Origin: Candidatus Fraserbacteria bacterium
GTDB lineage: Bacteria > Bipolaricaulota > Bipolaricaulia > RBG-16-55-9 > JANLFV01
Direction: 5' to 3'
Assembly (NCBI GenBank): GCA_037446135.1
Contig: JBBIJD010000005.1
Span: 11,396-28,862 of the forward strand
Length of the DNA stretch: 17,467 bases
In this document: positions 1-7,631 of the stretch, piece after piece
Layout of the letters: the number at the start of each line of letters is the position of its first letter
How positions within the stretch are numbered: the first letter of the stretch is position 1
Made by a program: the position numbers and the translations under genes
Notes under the pieces: generated by a model
Database searches by the model: none
The model's input: the letters and a program-made list of their open reading frames with translations, nothing else
Told to the model about the DNA's origin: nothing

Positions 1-2
1 CC

Positions 3-1166
3 GAGCGGCGGGACCCCCGAGAGCGACAGGGCCGCGATGAGGAAGCAGGCGAAAGTGAGGGGCATCTTCCGAGCCAGGCCGCCGAGCTCCTCGAGATCTC
101 GCGTCCCGCAGCGGTAGATGATCGCCCCGGCCCCCAAGAAGAGCAGTCCCTTGAAGATGGCATGGTTGACCAGATGGTAGAGCCCTCCAGCGACGCCCAA
201 GTTCGAGGCGAGCCCGAGCCCTAAGATGATGTAACCGACCTGGCTGACCGAGGAGTAGGCGATCAACCGCTTGATGTCGGTCTGGACGAGGGCGATCAGT
301 CCACCGACGAGGATCGTGGCCGCCCCGAGGAGGGTCAGGACGAGCTCCCAGGAGAGGATCGGTGGGAGCATCTCGAAGAAGACCCGGATCAGCCAGAAGA
401 GCCCGACCTTGATCATCACCCCCGAGAGGAGGGCCGAGATCGGGGAGGGGGCCGCGGGATGGGCGTCCGGGAGCCAGGTGTGCATTGGAGCCATCCCGGC
501 CTTCACCCCCAGGCCAAGCAGGAAGAGGACCAAAAAGCCCCAGATCGCGGGGTCGGCTAAGAAGCGGCCCCGGGCCAGCTCGAGGATGTCCGCGGTCCCG
601 GCGAACCAATAGGTCAGGATCATCCCCGCGAGCATCGCTAGCGCCCCGGCCTCGCTCATCACCAGGTATTTTATGCCCGCGGCCAATGATTCCGGCCGCT
701 CGTCGAAGATCACCAGGAAGAAGGCGGCCAGGGTCATCAACTCCCAGAGGATGAACATCGTGAAGAGGTCGGCGGCGAGGACCGCCCCGATCATCGCCCC
801 GATGAAGAACATCAAGAGGGCATAATACTGATTGAGCCGGCGATAATGCTCCATGTATCTGAAGGAGAAGAACGTGGCGGCAGCCCCCAAAAGTGAGATG
901 AGTAAGGCCATCAGCCCGCTCAAATGGTCGAGTCGGAAGAGGATATGATATGCCGGGAGGCTCACCAACTCGAGCTCGAGCCGCCCGCTTGGGCCCAGCC
1001 GGGCGAGGGCGACGACCGCCAGCGCGAGTGTCCCGAGCGCCGCTAGGCCGAGGAAGCCGTTCCTCAGTCGAGGGTGGAGCAGGCCGCTCATGAGGCCGAT
1101 CATCGCCGCGGCGAATGGCCAGAAGAGGAGCCAGAGCCCCGGCTCAGTCCAAGCGTAAGTGGCCAT
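3..1166 (-). CDS. Antiporter-like (MrpD/MrpA, NuoL/M/N, HyfB-type) membrane subunit of a group 4 hydrogenase; 3' end lies outside the window
   Basis: Not in the ORF track because it is open at the edge. ATG at 1166 with AGGAGG upstream; starts MATYAWTEPGLWLLFWPF. Contains KAGMAPMHTWLPDAHPAAPSPISALLSGVMIKVG, KRLIAYSSVSQVGYI, NHAIFKGLLFLGAG and ELGGLARKMP...GVPP. Overlaps the end of the large-subunit gene by 23 nt. Confidence 0.93.
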   Translation of the reverse strand, partial: MATYAWTEPGLWLLFWPFAAAMIGLMSGLLHPRLRNGFLGLAALGTLALAVVALARLGPSGRLELELVSLPAYHILFRLDHLSGLMALLISLLGAAATFFSFRYMEHYRRLNQYYALLMFFIGAMIGAVLAADLFTMFILWELMTLAAFFLVIFDERPESLAAGIKYLVMSEAGALAMLAGMILTYWFAGTADILELARGRFLADPAIWGFLVLFLLGLGVKAGMAPMHTWLPDAHPAAPSPISALLSGVMIKVGLFWLIRVFFEMLPPILSWELVLTLLGAATILVGGLIALVQTDIKRLIAYSSVSQVGYIILGLGLASNLGVAGGLYHLVNHAIFKGLLFLGAGAIIYRCGTRDLEELGGLARKMPLTFACFLIAALSLSGVPPL

Positions 1167-2346
1167 CTTTGACCTCCTCTTTCAGGCGGGCCGTCTTCTC
1201 CCAGCTCAACTTGATCAGATCATCCCAGCGGAGCGAGGAGGAGCGCCGGCCATCTTTGATCTGAACCATCCGCTCGGTGCAGCAGTAGCAGGGATCGATC
1301 CCCGCGAGGATGATCGCCACATCGCTCAGCGTCTCGCCGAGGCAGGTGGCCCGGAAGGAGGGGAGGTTCATGTAGGTCGGGGCCCGGATCTTCAGCCGCT
1401 CCGGCTTATCGGTCCCGTTCGCCACGACATAGTGGAAGCACTCGCCTCTGGGGGCCTCGACCTGGCCGATCCCCTCGCCCGGAGCGATCCTCTTCGGGAC
1501 ATCGGCTGAGATCGGGCCGGGCTCCATCTGCCTTAAGCAGCCCTCGATCATCTTGATCGACTCGAAGCACTCGAGGAGCCGGACCTCCACCCGCGCGAGC
1601 AAGTCCCCCCTGGTGCTGGTGATCACCTCCCAGTCGACCTTGTCCGAGGCCCCGTAAGGGTAGTCTCGCCGCACATCGATATCAACTCCCGAGGCCCTAG
1701 CCGTCGGCCCGAGGACCCCATAGCGGATCGCATCTTCTTTCGAGAGGTGGCCGACCCCTTCCAAGCGGGCCCGCAGGACCGGGTCATCCAATACTGCCTG
1801 GTAGAGCATCTCCAGCTTCGGCTTCAGCTCGTCGAGGACCTTCTGGATCGCGGGATAGTGCTCCGGGGGGATGTCCCGGCGGACCCCGCCGACCCTCATC
1901 ATCCCGTAGTGGTTCCGGTTCCCGCTGATCAGCTCGAAGAGCTCGAGGATCGGCTCACGATACTTCCAAGCCCACATCCAGACCGTATGGTAACCGAGGA
2001 AGTGGCCGGCCAGCCCGGCCCAAAGGAGATGAGAGTGAAGCCGCTGGAGCTCATCGATGATGGTGCGGATGTAGTTCGCCCGCTCAGGGACCTCGATCCC
2101 CGCACAATCCTCCACTGCCAAGCAGAAGGCCAAGGGGTGAGAGGTCGAGCAGATCCCGCAGATCCGCTCGACTAGGAAGACCGTCTGGTCATAAGTCTTG
2201 CTCTCGGCCAGCTTCTCGATCCCTCGATGGTTGTAGCCGATGCTCACATCGATGTCGATGACTTGCTCGCCCTCAACCGTCAGGAGAAAATGCTCCGGCT
2301 CGTCCTGCAGTGGGTGATACGGCCCGATCGGGATCTTCGAGGGCAT
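1144..2346 (-). CDS. Group 4 [NiFe]-hydrogenase large (catalytic) subunit with intact Ni ligands and a C-terminal extension
   Basis: IGPYHP, GYNHRGIEKL, L1 motif ERICGICSTSH, EAPRGE, L2 motif DPCYCCTER followed by about 40 further residues. Confidence 0.95.
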   Translation of the reverse strand: MPSKIPIGPYHPLQDEPEHFLLTVEGEQVIDIDVSIGYNHRGIEKLAESKTYDQTVFLVERICGICSTSHPLAFCLAVEDCAGIEVPERANYIRTIIDELQRLHSHLLWAGLAGHFLGYHTVWMWAWKYREPILELFELISGNRNHYGMMRVGGVRRDIPPEHYPAIQKVLDELKPKLEMLYQAVLDDPVLRARLEGVGHLSKEDAIRYGVLGPTARASGVDIDVRRDYPYGASDKVDWEVITSTRGDLLARVEVRLLECFESIKMIEGCLRQMEPGPISADVPKRIAPGEGIGQVEAPRGECFHYVVANGTDKPERLKIRAPTYMNLPSFRATCLGETLSDVAIILAGIDPCYCCTERMVQIKDGRRSSSLRWDDLIKLSWEKTARLKEEVKDGHLRLD

Positions 2347-3320
2347 TATTTCCTCCTCATGATGTCGTCGATTCGGAAGTCTTTCCTCAAGGGGTAGACA
2401 TCGTCTGGGATATCCTCGGCCTTGATCAGCCGCTCAGGCCGGGGATGGCCGACGAACTCGACCCCTAAGAGCTCGCGGATCTCTCGCTCGATGAACTCTG
2501 CGGCAGGGAGGAAAGAGGCCACGCTCGCGGACCGCGGCTCATTGCGGGGGAGGGCCGTCCGCAGGCTGACCATCATCCCTGACCGGTCGAAGGAGATGTG
2601 GTATAAGAGCTCGATCTCGTTGGAGAGAGGCTTATCGACCCCCGAGGCCGTGGCCAGTCGCCCACCCTTCCCTATCAAGAGGTCCTGGGCCACCTCCTTC
2701 AAGTCCTGAGGGCTCGTCCGGAGGTAGAGCCGGCGGTCGGCCTCCCGGTCGAGCTGGACCCTCTCCGCGATCCCTTCCAGGAGCCAGCCGATGAACTGCC
2801 GCCGTTCAGCCTCGGCCTCTAAGATCTTCTTCAGAGCGGCCCGGACCGGCTCCCCGCCGGGGAGACAGCCTTCTGGGGAGGCCTCTCCTCGGGCCAGGGC
2901 CTCGGCATAGGCGAAGCAGGTGGGATAGCCGCAGACATTCCCGGAGCAGTTGAACCCCGGGAGGGCCCGGCGGAGCTTCTTCCCCAAGCGCGAGAGCTCC
3001 GGCTCCTCGACCTCGGCGACCTCCTCTCCCGGCCAGCGCTCGACCAGCTTCTCCTCAAGCTGGATCACTAGGTCAGCCTCCACCGGGAGTTGGCAGGCCA
3101 GGACCCAGCCGGCCTTCTTGAGGTCCTCGCTCAATGGGCCGAAATACTCCTCTTTGGGCTCCTTTAACCCCTCGAGGACCTTGACCCGGCACATCCCGCA
3201 GCTCCCCATCCCCCCGCAATTGCTCATCAGCCGGTAGCCCCTCTCCGCAAGGCCATCGAGGAGCTTCACCCCTTGCTTGACCTCGATCTCCTCGTTCCGA
3301 TTGACGATCTTGACCTTCAT
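2346..3320 (-). CDS. Fusion: [2Fe-2S] ferredoxin domain + RnfB-N-terminal-type FeS domain + NuoC/MbhK-like (complex I 30 kDa) domain
   Basis: CGGMGSCGMC...LACQ; LPGFNCSGNVCGYPTCFAYAEALARG...CLPGG; RLATASGVD...ELLYH...EREIRELLGVEFVGHP...YPLRKDF. Lies between the small and large subunit genes with overlapping start/stop codons. Confidence 0.88.
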   Translation of the reverse strand: MKVKIVNRNEEIEVKQGVKLLDGLAERGYRLMSNCGGMGSCGMCRVKVLEGLKEPKEEYFGPLSEDLKKAGWVLACQLPVEADLVIQLEEKLVERWPGEEVAEVEEPELSRLGKKLRRALPGFNCSGNVCGYPTCFAYAEALARGEASPEGCLPGGEPVRAALKKILEAEAERRQFIGWLLEGIAERVQLDREADRRLYLRTSPQDLKEVAQDLLIGKGGRLATASGVDKPLSNEIELLYHISFDRSGMMVSLRTALPRNEPRSASVASFLPAAEFIEREIRELLGVEFVGHPRPERLIKAEDIPDDVYPLRKDFRIDDIMRRK

Positions 3321-3808
3321 CGCTTAGATCGCTCCTGCAAGAGCTTCAGCCCCTTGACGACCCCGAGGATGATCGCCTCCGGCTTCGGCGGGCAGCCGGG
3401 GACATTGACTACGATCGTATCCTCTTTCATGACCTCACGGACCACCCGCTCTACCGGCCCAACGGTGTTGTAGGAGTCATGGAAGATCCCCTTATTCGAG
3501 CCGCAGGCCCCAAGGGCCACGATGATATAGGGCTTGGGGACTTGAGAGCAGACCTCGATGAACCTGGAGAGGCACTTCCGGTTCATCATCCCCGTGACCA
3601 TCAGGACATCGGCATGGCGGGGTGAGCCGACCAACTTGATCCCGAACCGCTCGACATCATACCGCGGGGTGAGGCAGTCCAATAGCTCGATATCGCAGTT
3701 ATTGCAGGTCCCAGTGGCGAGATGATAGACCCAGGGAGACTTCGCCACCCCCCAAGCCCGCCAATCCAGCTTCAGCCGCTTAGAGCCATTTGAGCCCAAC
3801 TCGATCAC
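3317..3808 (-). CDS. Group 4 hydrogenase small subunit (NuoB-like, one [4Fe-4S]); start uncertain (GTG 3808 or GTG 3748)
   Basis: SPWVYH, GTCNNCDIE, RYDVERFG, GSPRHAD, GACG, PGCPPKPEAI. Confidence 0.93.
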   Translation of the reverse strand: MIELGSNGSKRLKLDWRAWGVAKSPWVYHLATGTCNNCDIELLDCLTPRYDVERFGIKLVGSPRHADVLMVTGMMNRKCLSRFIEVCSQVPKPYIIVALGACGSNKGIFHDSYNTVGPVERVVREVMKEDTIVVNVPGCPPKPEAIILGVVKGLKLLQERSKR

Positions 3809-4700
3809 CTATGAGCGCCAGGACGACCGCTAACAGAGCCAACCCGAGCCCCCAGCGCCAGAAGAACCGGATCGCCTGGTCGATCCTCAGCCTGGGGTTG
3901 GTGTTCTTGATGAGGATGATCAAGAGCAAGACCCCGAGATACTTCAAGATCCCCCAGAGCCAGCCCAGCCCGCGGAAGTCGATCCCTCCGAGAAAGACGG
4001 TCATGAGGAAGAGCGGCAAGAGGAAGAGCATCATCGCCTGGGTGAGCTTATAGATGGCGAGCGGCGGGCCGGAATACTCGAGATATGGCCCGGCCATGAT
4101 CTCCGTCTCCGCCTCGGCGATATCGAATGGGGCGAACCCCAGCTTCGCCTGGATCGCCAAAAGGGCCACCAAGAAGGCGATCACCCCGGAGAGGCTCCCG
4201 ATCGTGATGGTATTCCCGAGCCTGTTGAGCAGGATCGAATCGGCCTTGAGGATCGCCACGATCACCGCTAGGACGAGCGAGACCTCATAAGCCAGGACCA
4301 GCTTGAGCTCACGACTCGCCCCGAGGATCGCCACCGGATTCCCTGAGGCGAGCCCGCCCAAGATCACCGCGAGGGCCGGGAGGATCAGGAGGTAGAGCAG
4401 GACGATCAGGTCCCCGAGGAAGGAGCGCCCCAGATTGGCCTTCCACAGGATCAAGGAGGCCAGGACCGCCCCGACAAACCCCAGGAGCGGGGCGAGCAGG
4501 AAGAGCGTCCGATTCGCAGTGCGGGGGACGAGGGTCTCCTTCCCCGCGAGCTTGATCAGGTCATAGGCCGGCTGGAGGTGCGGCGGTCCGACCCGCCACT
4601 GGACGAGGGCCGAGACCCGCCGCTCGAACCAACTGGAGAGGAGCCCGATCACTGCCGCGAAGAGCAGCCCCGGATAGACGATCAGCTCAAAGATTACCAT
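3780..4700 (-). CDS. NuoH/HycD/MbhM-like membrane subunit
   Basis: ERRVSALVQWRVGPP, DLIKLAGKE, PFDIAEAETEIMAGPYLEYSG, PRLRIDQ; many hydrophobic segments. Confidence 0.94.
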   Translation of the reverse strand: MVIFELIVYPGLLFAAVIGLLSSWFERRVSALVQWRVGPPHLQPAYDLIKLAGKETLVPRTANRTLFLLAPLLGFVGAVLASLILWKANLGRSFLGDLIVLLYLLILPALAVILGGLASGNPVAILGASRELKLVLAYEVSLVLAVIVAILKADSILLNRLGNTITIGSLSGVIAFLVALLAIQAKLGFAPFDIAEAETEIMAGPYLEYSGPPLAIYKLTQAMMLFLLPLFLMTVFLGGIDFRGLGWLWGILKYLGVLLLIILIKNTNPRLRIDQAIRFFWRWGLGLALLAVVLALIGDRVGLKWL

Positions 4701-4738
4701 ATTAGCTTATCAAGCCAGCTAGCGAAAATCTGGTTCGA

Positions 4739-4767
4739 TTTATAGCAGTCTCGGCAGCCCCGGTCAA
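4739..4767 (-). promoter_or_regulatory. Putative sigma70 promoter for the left-hand group 4 operon
   Basis: Minus strand TTGACC (4767-4762), 17-nt spacer, TATAAA (4744-4739) preceded by TGn (extended -10); 38 nt upstream of the ATG at 4700. Confidence 0.7.
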
Positions 4768-4780
4768 GTCCAAGCCCGCC

Positions 4781-6136
4781 TCAACCATGGCTGAGCCCCC
4801 AACCGCGCAAGGGGAGGACCACCCGCTCGAGTCCCCCGTCCTTATCCTTGAAGTAGGCCCGAGCCGCCCGCTCGACGACCAGGTTCAATCGGGCCTGGTT
4901 CGCCTCCACTGGCAGGAGGAACCGAGCCGAGGTGACGACCCCTCGCTCGTCCGTCCGATAGTGATGGATCACTGTCCCGTCCGGGGCCTCGACCGCGCCG
5001 TAGCCTTCCCTCGGGGTGGCCGTCGGGAGGGCTCGGACCTTAGGGTCGAGGAGCTCCGGATCGCTCGCTAGCTCCGCAATCCGCTCAGCGGCGTAGACCA
5101 TCTCCACAGCTCGCGCCCAATGGATCGCCAGGTTACTATGGACTGGCTTCCCCAAAGAGGCGGAGAATTCCTCATAAGCCGCCTGGGCTTGAGGGGTGCT
5201 CATCCCCGTCGCCGCGTTCAACCGCGCCAGCGGCCCGACGGCGAAGATCCCGGAGTCGAGCCCGTCGCGGAAGCCCTGCCAGCCTACTCCCTTCAGGAAG
5301 GCGAATCGGCCATAGCTCCAAGGCTCGAGATGGACTCCGATCTGCTCGGGATAGCTCCGTGCGGGGAACTTCGCGAACTCCCGCCCCTCGGGATCGACGA
5401 CCCGGATCTGACCGTCGTAGAAGTTCAGCCGGCCTTGAGCATCGACTAGGCCCGCATAATAAGTCTTCGCGGTATAAGCCTCAGAGCGGAGGAGCCTCAT
5501 GTATTCAGGGTCCTTTGCCAGCTCCTTGAATAACGCGAGGGTCCGGAGGGCGAGCTCGAGGGCCTTAGCCGCGGCGGCCTGGAACCTCTTCGGGTCCGCC
5601 AGGGGCTTCGCGATCCCACCGGGTAGGCCTATGACGGGGTTGACCGTCTTCCCACCGGCGAGGAGCAAGAGCCCGCGCAGCTCGCGTCGGAGCCCGATCA
5701 CTTGCTTTACTAGCTCAGGGCCGAGCTTAGAGCTGGTCCCCAGGCCGAAGAAGCTTCGCTTATCCTTCGCTTGCTCGAGGAAGAGGTCCGGCCCGGCGAG
5801 ATAGAAGATCTGCAAGAGATGGTTGTCCAAGATCGCGACATTGTGGAGCAACTCGCGGACCTTCTTCGCCGCCGGTGGGGGCTCGACTTGGAAGAGGTCG
5901 TCCAGTGCCTTCGTGGCCGCGAGGTGGTGAGCAAAGGGTGCGAACCCGTTGATCCGCGAGACGAGCTGGGGGAGATACTCCGCCTGGCGGCCGACGAGGA
6001 ATCGCTCGAAGCCCCGGAGGGCCGGGACCTGGAAGTAGGCCCGTTCGACCCGGCCCCGGCCGTCCTCGAGGACGAGGGTGAGTTGCCCTTGGCCCTCGAG
6101 CCGGGTGAGGAGATCAAAGGTCAGTGTCCTAGCCAT
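4781..6136 (-). CDS. MvhA/HoxH-like (group 3c-type) hydrogenase large-subunit homolog lacking all Ni-Fe ligands (451 aa)
   Basis: ATG at 6136 with AGGAG/GAGG upstream, overlapping the small-subunit stop. Family motifs TRLEG, LRGFERF, LNFYDGQIRVVD, EPWSY, VGPLARLN, HWAR and GTVIHHY are present, but L1 reads SRINGFAPFAHH and L2 reads LRGWGLSHG-stop. Confidence 0.85.
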   Translation of the reverse strand: MARTLTFDLLTRLEGQGQLTLVLEDGRGRVERAYFQVPALRGFERFLVGRQAEYLPQLVSRINGFAPFAHHLAATKALDDLFQVEPPPAAKKVRELLHNVAILDNHLLQIFYLAGPDLFLEQAKDKRSFFGLGTSSKLGPELVKQVIGLRRELRGLLLLAGGKTVNPVIGLPGGIAKPLADPKRFQAAAAKALELALRTLALFKELAKDPEYMRLLRSEAYTAKTYYAGLVDAQGRLNFYDGQIRVVDPEGREFAKFPARSYPEQIGVHLEPWSYGRFAFLKGVGWQGFRDGLDSGIFAVGPLARLNAATGMSTPQAQAAYEEFSASLGKPVHSNLAIHWARAVEMVYAAERIAELASDPELLDPKVRALPTATPREGYGAVEAPDGTVIHHYRTDERGVVTSARFLLPVEANQARLNLVVERAARAYFKDKDGGLERVVLPLRGWGLSHG

Positions 6137-7064
6137 GGCCTCTCTTCTCCTGGTGGCTGAGCGAGAGTGAGGCAAGGCTGTAGAAATAGAAGACTCCAGC
6201 GGGATCGGGCAGGCCGGCATTCGCCCGCTCCAGCTCGGCCTCGTCGCTATAACTGATGAGTGAGGCGAGGGCGGAGAGCGCCCGGGTCCCGTAGTTCCGG
6301 GCCCGCTCGCTCGGGCCGAAGCAGCCAGTGCAGTTCAGATTCCCCCGGATGCAGAGGGCCCCGCACCCGGCTCGTGTGGCTGGGCCCATGCAGGGGAGCC
6401 CCTGGGCCAGGAAGCACAAGTTCGGGTCGACGATGATCTTATGGAACCGCTTGACCTCGGGGATGAGGAGCTTCTTCGGCTTGGTCTCTCGCCTAGGACA
6501 GACGGAGCAGAGGACCTTATCCGGGACGAAGTTCGTCCCCTTCGGCGGGAGATTCCCCTCCAGGAGGGCATTGAAGGCGATGGTGATCCACTGAGGCAGG
6601 GGCGGGCAGCCCGGGAGATAGTAGTCGACCTCGATGACTTGGTCCAGTGGCTTGACGCTCTCGGAGAGCCGGGGGAGGGGGCCAGGCTCGCCTTGCTTGG
6701 GGCCCGAGCCATCGAGGGAATAGTGCTCCTTGATCGCCTCCAGGCCGAAGAGGTTCCAGAGCCCCGGGACACCTCCGAGCTGGGCACAGGCCCCGAAGGC
6801 CGCAATATTTTTGGACTTCTTCCGCAAGAGAGCGGCCATCTCCTCATGAGCGGAGTTGTTCATCACCCCGCTGATGAGGGCAAGATCGATCCCTCCATCG
6901 GGGAGGCCCTCGAGTTCTTCCCTTGTAGAGTCCAGTAAAAGCGGCCAGAGGACGAACTCGACCTTCTCCCTCAGATCGAGGAGCCCCTCGCCGAGGTCGA
7001 GCATCGTCGCCTCACAGCCGCCGCAGCTCCCGCACCAATAGAAGGCGACCTTCGGCTTAGACAA
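6129..7064 (-). CDS. mvhG: MvhG-like (group 3c) hydrogenase small Fe-S subunit
   Basis: TTG start with GGAGG. KPKVAFYWCGSCGGCE, FGACAQLGGVPGL, VDYYLPGCPP, CSVCPR, CFLAQGLPCMGPATRAGCGALC, CTGCFGP, DPAGVFYFYSL. Confidence 0.9.
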   Translation of the reverse strand: MSKPKVAFYWCGSCGGCEATMLDLGEGLLDLREKVEFVLWPLLLDSTREELEGLPDGGIDLALISGVMNNSAHEEMAALLRKKSKNIAAFGACAQLGGVPGLWNLFGLEAIKEHYSLDGSGPKQGEPGPLPRLSESVKPLDQVIEVDYYLPGCPPLPQWITIAFNALLEGNLPPKGTNFVPDKVLCSVCPRRETKPKKLLIPEVKRFHKIIVDPNLCFLAQGLPCMGPATRAGCGALCIRGNLNCTGCFGPSERARNYGTRALSALASLISYSDEAELERANAGLPDPAGVFYFYSLASLSLSHQEKRGHG

Positions 7065-7082
7065 AGCTGTCCTCCGCTGCCG

Positions 7083-7173
7083 ATCTTAGGTCTCTCCACA
7101 AGCCCGTTCTATGACCCTCATCGGCCTTGGGGATGATCTCGGTCAGCCTTGGCCTCGCTGGAGGCGGTAGAAT
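7083..7173. promoter_or_regulatory. Divergent promoter (mvhG-like / protease) with two tandem Crp/Fnr-like boxes
   Basis: Minus-strand -10 TAAGAT (7088-7083); boxes ATGACCCTCATCGG (7111-7124, imperfect) and ATGATCTCGGTCAG (7133-7146); plus-strand -10 TAGAAT (7168-7173). Confidence 0.55.
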
Positions 7174-7181
7174 CCCAGGAG

Positions 7182-7619
7182 ATGAACCTCCTCTTGGGGG
7201 TCGGGAACGAGCTCTTGGGCGATGATGGCCTCGGGCCACATCTCGCTAGGCATTTCAGTGCTCCGGGCTGGCAAGCACTGGACTGCGGGACCGCCCCGGA
7301 GAACTTCACCTCAGTAGTGAAACGCCTTCACCCGGAGAAATTGGTCCTCGTCGATGCCGCGGAGATAGGCCTCCCCCCGGGCGAGTTCCGTCGCCTCCGA
7401 CCAGAGCGGGCTGAGACGATGTTCATCAGCACCCACACGATCCCGATCTCCCACCTCATCTCCTATCTGGAGGGATATTGCGACGAGATCGTCCTCATCG
7501 GGGTCCAGCCGAAGCAGTTGGAGCTAGGAGCCGGCCTGAGCGAGGAGGTCCTCCGAGGGCTAGAGAGGCTCCTTGAACTCCTCCAAGCGGGGGCCTTCGA
7601 GCGGCTCGCGCCCGGCTAG
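7182..7619 (+). CDS. hycI: Hydrogenase maturation endopeptidase, HycI type
   Basis: LLLGVGNELLGDDGLG, DCGTAPEN, LVLVDAA, ISTHTIP, LIGVQP. ATG 7182 preferred over TTG 7149 because the family signature starts immediately after it. Confidence 0.92.
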   Translation: MNLLLGVGNELLGDDGLGPHLARHFSAPGWQALDCGTAPENFTSVVKRLHPEKLVLVDAAEIGLPPGEFRRLRPERAETMFISTHTIPISHLISYLEGYCDEIVLIGVQPKQLELGAGLSEEVLRGLERLLELLQAGAFERLAPG

Positions 7620-7631
7620 GCTAGGCCCTGG

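Noticed and set aside
3600..3700. Near-identical segments between paralogs (LTPRYDVERFGIKLVGSPRHADVL here and near 15410-15485; PFDIAEAETE in both NuoH-like genes) as repeats or recent duplication
   Set aside because: These are the most conserved motifs of the families, and synonymous positions differ.
1..4700. Respiratory complex I (nuo) or Ni-less Ehr assignment for the left-hand operon
   Set aside because: The large subunit has both RICGIC and DPCYCC motifs plus a cleavable tail, so it is a genuine [NiFe] hydrogenase.
4694..4783. Selenocysteine read-through or a VhuU-like peptide restoring the MvhA active site via the downstream CRDC
   Set aside because: The CRDC codons coincide with the promoter spacer and lack the DP context; the L1 cysteines and catalytic Arg are missing anyway, so read-through could not rebuild the site.
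4781..6136. Calling the MvhA-like gene a pseudogene
   Set aside because: No frameshift or internal stop over 451 codons, intact RBS and gene overlap, and changes concentrated on active-site residues. Not fully excluded without orthologs.
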